Made by a program: the position numbers and the translations under genes. Positions 41,251 to 42,944 of a stretch of DNA of 42,944 nt are shown here, piece after piece. A model generated the notes under the pieces. It was given only the letters and a program-made list of their open reading frames with translations, ran no database searches and was not told where the DNA came from. Source of the DNA: an uncultured Planctomycetaceae bacterium (GTDB lineage Bacteria; Planctomycetota; Planctomycetia; Planctomycetales; Planctomycetaceae); the NCBI GenBank assembly GCA_964459965.1, contig CAYWOV010000001.1, positions 1-42,944 on the forward strand. Reading direction: 5' to 3'. Position 1 is the first letter of the stretch. Each line of letters opens with the position of its first letter.

Positions 41251-41622
41251 ATGAAGTTTCCCAGCGTCCTCTGTTTGGTCTGTCTGTTCATTGCCGCGGT
41301 CCTCTTGCCGCTGGCGTCGCACGCCGTGGCCGCCCAGCCGGCCTCCGCGTCGGTCTGCAATGCCTGTGCCGGCGGGGTCTGCCCGTTTTGCAACGTCTGT
41401 CCGCAGCGGGAAAAGATCGCCGTCCCGGCGACGGCCGAGGTGAAGTCCACTTGTGCAACGGTTGCGGCGACTCGTCCTACCGCCTCGGTGCGCGCGGGCG
41501 TGCAAGCGATCGTGGCCCGGGTGAGATCGCTTGTGCCCTCGCCCTTTGGGCGTCGATCCGCGATCTTGACTGGCCGGCTCTTGCCGAACCGTCCGCACCT
41601 GCTGCCGAGGCGGCGAACCTAA
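41251..41622 (+). CDS. Secreted Cys-rich protein
   Basis: Signal peptide MKFPSVLCLVCLFIAAVLLPLASHAVA, then CNACAGGVCPFCNVC. Confidence 0.55.
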   Translation: MKFPSVLCLVCLFIAAVLLPLASHAVAAQPASASVCNACAGGVCPFCNVCPQREKIAVPATAEVKSTCATVAATRPTASVRAGVQAIVARVRSLVPSPFGRRSAILTGRLLPNRPHLLPRRRT

Positions 41623-41681
41623 TACTTGGTTGCCGTTCGCGCCTCTGCGCCTTGGCGCCTTTGCGTGAGGAGTTTCGTGCC

Positions 41682-41849
41682 ATGACTTCCTTGCTCGTTT
41701 GCGGGGCGGTCGCGTTGGGCGCCTACTTGTTGGGCTACCACGACGGCAAGCGTCGAGGTCGCAACGACCTGGACAAGATCCTTGGCGACTTCGGCAAACT
41801 GGCCCGCGAGGTGGGCCGTCAACTGTTGGGAAAAGACGAATCGATATGA
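41682..41849 (+). CDS. Small N-terminally anchored membrane protein (holin/spanin-like by position)
   Basis: 55 aa: TM LLVCGAVALGAYLLGY followed by a charged tail. Confidence 0.45.
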   Translation: MTSLLVCGAVALGAYLLGYHDGKRRGRNDLDKILGDFGKLAREVGRQLLGKDESI

Positions 41850-41973
41850 CCACGGGGACACCGAGAACACGGAGACAAACCCGGGGGGGCGGAAGCCAAG
41901 TGCTTCTTTTCTCCGTGTTCTCTCGGGCACCGACCGCTTGCGGTTGGTCGCCGTGGTGAGTAAGGAGCGTCTC

Positions 41974-42297
41974 GTGCACGCCATACCGCAGAACGTCGAT
42001 TGGAACGCGGTCTACGCGATCGGGGCCCTGGGGCTGGCGATCTGCGGGATGCTGGCCGGCATCGCCTGGCGGATGTCGCATCGCTTCACGCGGCTGGACG
42101 ACGGCGTGAGGCAGGTTTCCCGCGGGCAGCGGCGGGCCTGGCGGAAGATCCGCGAGCATGGGGAGCGTCTGCAAGCCCTGGAGCTTCGGCAGCCCGAGCC
42201 GCGGCCGCCGGTGGTGCAGGGACCGTGGACGAGCGGCTACGTCCAGGGCGACTTCAATCCGCTGGGCTGTGATCGCGCCCCCCCGTCGGGCGCGTGA
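41974..42297 (+). CDS. Membrane protein with a coiled-coil tail (lysis-accessory candidate)
   Basis: AAGGAG lies 6 nt upstream of the GTG at 41974. TM VYAIGALGLAICGMLAGIAW. Confidence 0.45.
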   Translation: MHAIPQNVDWNAVYAIGALGLAICGMLAGIAWRMSHRFTRLDDGVRQVSRGQRRAWRKIREHGERLQALELRQPEPRPPVVQGPWTSGYVQGDFNPLGCDRAPPSGA

Positions 42298-42341
42298 GAA
42301 AAGAGGGATTTCGCTAACAGGAATTTAGGGGGACGCTGCGC

Positions 42342-42944
42342 ATGAAACCGAGATGGTCTTGCCTGGCTTTTGGACTTCTTGTGGCGGCCTGGCTGGCCGC
42401 CGGCTGCCGTGAATCCGCAACGCGGCCGCCGCGCCGGCTCGGGGCGGTGGTCACGCCGACCTACCTCGTGCCGGATCGGAATCTTTCCGACGTCCAGAGC
42501 CGTAGCGCCTCGCTGGCCAATCTGGGCGGCGTCAGCTCCGCGACCGTCTCGGGCAGCCTGTCCAGCTACTTCCTTTCGGCCGGCACGCCGGCCTTCGCCA
42601 CCACGGCCACGCTGGCAAACTACCCCACCACGGCCAGCGTGTCGGGGTCCCTTGCAAGCTATTTTCCTTCGTCGGGAACAACGGCCCTTGCGACCACGGC
42701 CAGCCTGTCCAACTATTTTCTTTCGTCCGGCACTCCGGCCTTCGCCACCACGGCCACGCTGGCGAATTATCCCACCACGGCCAGCGTCTCGGGGTCGCTC
42801 AGTAGCTATTTCCTTTCCGCCGGCACAACGGCCTTTGCCACCACGGGAAGCCTCGCCGCTTACGAGCCCATCTCTGCGATGGCCGCCTACGCCACCACGG
42901 CCACGCTGGCAAACTACCCCACCACGGCCAGCGTGTCGGGGTCC
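42342..42944 (+). CDS. Tail fibre / tailspike protein, N-terminal 201 codons (continues at 2..2509; 1018 aa in total if circular)
   Basis: ATG at 42342 with no stop to the window end (not in the supplied ORF track). It is in frame with 2..2509 through the 55-nt overlap. Begins MKPRWSCLAFGLLVAAWLAAGC, then fibre repeats. Confidence 0.7.
   Translation, partial: MKPRWSCLAFGLLVAAWLAAGCRESATRPPRRLGAVVTPTYLVPDRNLSDVQSRSASLANLGGVSSATVSGSLSSYFLSAGTPAFATTATLANYPTTASVSGSLASYFPSSGTTALATTASLSNYFLSSGTPAFATTATLANYPTTASVSGSLSSYFLSAGTTAFATTGSLAAYEPISAMAAYATTATLANYPTTASVSGS
42596..42793 (+). repeat. Copy 1 of the 198-bp perfect direct repeat (copy 2 = 1..198)
   Basis: See the feature at 1..198. Confidence 0.95.
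42890..42944 (+). repeat. 55-nt terminal overlap with window positions 1..55
   Basis: Exact identity read directly. The same 55-mer also occurs at 42596-42650. Confidence 0.95.

Larger units (their letters stand above)
1..42944. mobile_element. Complete genome of a temperate siphovirus-like dsDNA phage (circularly closed or terminally redundant contig, about 42.9 kb unique)
   Basis: Full set of terminase, portal, protease/capsid, tail tube, tape measure, fibre, integrase, replication and lysis-like genes. The last 55 nt equal the first 55 nt, and one ORF is in frame across the junction. Confidence 0.85.

Noticed and set aside
42596-42944. Diversity-generating retroelement (TR/VR pair), suggested by the 198-bp repeat in the fibre gene.
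   Set aside because: The two copies are 100% identical with no adenine-specific differences. Both lie in the N-terminal repeat region rather than a C-terminal variable domain. No reverse transcriptase is present in the genome.

Overview
High-GC window (about 65% by eye, not computed) that is essentially one complete genome of a temperate, siphovirus-like tailed phage. The last 55 nt (42890-42944) repeat the first 55 nt, and a tail-fibre ORF reads in frame across that junction. The contig is therefore circularly closed or terminally redundant, with about 42.9 kb unique. Nearly all genes are on the + strand. Gene order: tail fibre (split by the junction) and a second fibre-like gene; a truncated ParB-like gene; a GpA-type large terminase; a block of small accessory genes including a GroES-like co-chaperonin; a gpW-like gene and lambda-type portal; one 931-aa prohead protease-scaffold-major capsid fusion ORF; a decoration-like protein; an insulated phosphoribosyltransferase-HAD fusion gene; connector and tail-tube genes; a G/GT chaperone needing a -1 frameshift; the tape measure; distal tail genes; a secreted PLD-family nuclease; a tRNA-Asp-like 3' half (attP candidate); an early/regulatory region; a Gp37/Gp68 (DUF5131)-like gene; a 0.9-kb hairpin-dense non-coding region; a tyrosine integrase; a CsrA homologue; a replication initiator with internal iterons; a DNA-binding protein; a Dam-type methyltransferase; and putative lysis genes. 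The three most unusual points follow. (i) At least seven families of short stuttered repeats fill almost every intergenic spacer and are read in frame inside several ORFs. (ii) A phage csrA with a translationally coupled small ORF sits about 1.4 kb downstream of a GGA-rich structured non-coding region, with the integrase gene in between. (iii) A PRTase-HAD moron is inserted in the structural operon. All functional calls come from motif recognition by eye. No database search, HMM or folding program was available, and the coordinates of repeat copies were hand-indexed.
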